DNA of 64,000 nt from NCBI GenBank assembly GCA_963749915.1, contig CAVVOP010000005.1, positions 32,001 through 96,000 on the forward strand. The letters run 5' to 3'. The translations under genes and the position numbers were made by a program. Within the stretch, counting starts at the first letter, position 1; every line of letters starts with the position of its first letter. Origin of the DNA: an uncultured cyanobacterium (GTDB lineage: Bacteria > Cyanobacteriota > Cyanobacteriia > Cyanobacteriales > Cyanobacteriaceae). Positions 62,677 to 64,000 of the stretch are shown here, piece by piece. A model generated the notes under the pieces. It was not told the DNA's origin. It ran no database searches and worked only from the letters and a program-made list of their open reading frames with translations.

Positions 62677-64000
62677 ATGAACGTCTTTAAGCCCAACAAC
62701 CCCCATAAAATCTTCCAAAAATCGGCTTTGTCGAAGAATTGGTTTAATCAGTCTCAAAATCAAACAAAAAATCCAAACTCCTCCATTAAATCTCTTAATT
62801 TTGATTCTGTTATCCGATTAGTGGCCATTTGGCTGGTGTTGATTTTGGGTTCAACGGGGTTAGCATTCAAACTTTATCAATTGCAAATTGAACAGGGAGA
62901 TGAGTTAAGGGAAAAAGCGAGACAACAACAAACCTATAATTTCCGCCCCTATATTCCTCGTCGTTCTATTGTAGATAGTAGTGGAAATGTAATTGCCCTA
63001 GACAAGGTGGTTTATACTATCTATGTTCATCCCATCATGTTATCGGAAGATAATCAGACTGTAGCGGAAAAATTAGCTAATATTCTAGTGGATCGTGATA
63101 AAAATGAGATTTTAAAACTATTAAGCAGTAAAAAATCAGGGGTTTTATTAGGCAAAACTATCAGTGAAGATCAGGGTAATAAAATTCGACAACTGGGATT
63201 AGAGGGAATTGATCTCGAACGTCGTTATGCCCGTTTTTATCCCCAGGGAGAATTATTTTCAGATATTGTTGGCTATGTGGATACGGAACATTCGGGACAG
63301 GCAGGAATCGAATATAGTCAGGAAAAAATGTTAGAAAGAGATCTTTCTACAGTGCAAATGCAATCTATGTTAACGGTGAAAAGAGATGGACAGGGGGCAG
63401 TTATTCCCGTATCTTTGCCTGAAGGCATTGTGGAACTAGATGATCTGCAATTAAAACTAACTTTAGATTTAAGATTACAAAGGGCAACACGAGACGCACT
63501 CAAAGCTCAACTTAAAAAGTTTAACGCCAAAAGAGGGGCTGTTATTATCATGGACGTTCATACAGGGGGTATTATTTCCCTAGTTTGTGAACCGACTTAC
63601 AACCCCAATGAATATTCTCTTTTCGATTTTGCTTTATATAAGAATTGGGCGGTAACAGATAGTTACGAACCCGGATCGACTTTTAAACCTATAAATGTGG
63701 CCATCGCCTTAGATGAAGGGGTAATTAGTGCCAATTCGAGTGTTGTAGATGCCGCTAGTACGGTAATCGACGGTTGGCCTATTGCTAATGCCTCGAAAAG
63801 TGGTAAGGGTTGGGTAAGTGTAACGAAAGTACTCGAAATTTCTAGTAATACAGGAATGATTCACATAATGCAGAAGATTAGTAGATTAAAATACTATCAA
63901 AGATTAGAAGAATTAGGACTAAATAGACTCATGGGATTAGATTTACCTTTTGAGGCAACGGGGTATCTAAAACCGAAAGAAATTTTTACCGCTAGAAATA
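62677..64000 (+). CDS. ftsI: class B penicillin-binding protein (FtsI/PBP3-like), partial
   Basis: Manual translation from ATG 62677: TM helix, RRSIVDSSG, RFYPQG, GQAGIEYS, LTLDLRLQ, YEPGSTFKP (SxxK), SSN; runs off window end. Confidence 0.88.
   Translation, partial: MNVFKPNNPHKIFQKSALSKNWFNQSQNQTKNPNSSIKSLNFDSVIRLVAIWLVLILGSTGLAFKLYQLQIEQGDELREKARQQQTYNFRPYIPRRSIVDSSGNVIALDKVVYTIYVHPIMLSEDNQTVAEKLANILVDRDKNEILKLLSSKKSGVLLGKTISEDQGNKIRQLGLEGIDLERRYARFYPQGELFSDIVGYVDTEHSGQAGIEYSQEKMLERDLSTVQMQSMLTVKRDGQGAVIPVSLPEGIVELDDLQLKLTLDLRLQRATRDALKAQLKKFNAKRGAVIIMDVHTGGIISLVCEPTYNPNEYSLFDFALYKNWAVTDSYEPGSTFKPINVAIALDEGVISANSSVVDAASTVIDGWPIANASKSGKGWVSVTKVLEISSNTGMIHIMQKISRLKYYQRLEELGLNRLMGLDLPFEATGYLKPKEIFTARN

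Overview
AT-rich cyanobacterial chromosome segment (frequent HIP1 octamer GCGATCGC, psaF-psaJ, heptamer STRR repeats; composition and gene style suggest a Cyanobacterium/Geminocystis-like strain, which is an inference). It is mostly housekeeping genes: rpsL-rpsG-fusA-tuf-rpsJ, sir, sigD, ribD, argD, ilvD, NAD kinase, tsaD, gdhA, dnaX, hemE, ftsI, plus a probable 6S RNA gene. No CRISPR array, rRNA or tRNA was seen. Points of interest: (1) a four-layer nested repeat at 55.87-56.08 kb (MITE > heptamer array > 51-bp structured element > a diverged copy of the same element) with compensatory base changes; (2) an apparently leaderless MerR-HTH/vWA gene pair joined by an A9 run where loss of one A fuses the genes in frame; (3) a MazG-like pyrophosphatase/acyl-CoA-dehydrogenase-fold fusion; (4) an eroded IS605 whose TnpB carries an in-frame internal deletion but keeps the RuvC triad and right end; (5) a ribbon-helix-helix-like tail on sulfite reductase; (6) a hydrolase/solute-binding-protein fusion; (7) a GC-rich, probably foreign pcm gene; and several dispersed structured repeats. 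All calls come from reading the sequence; no searches were run.
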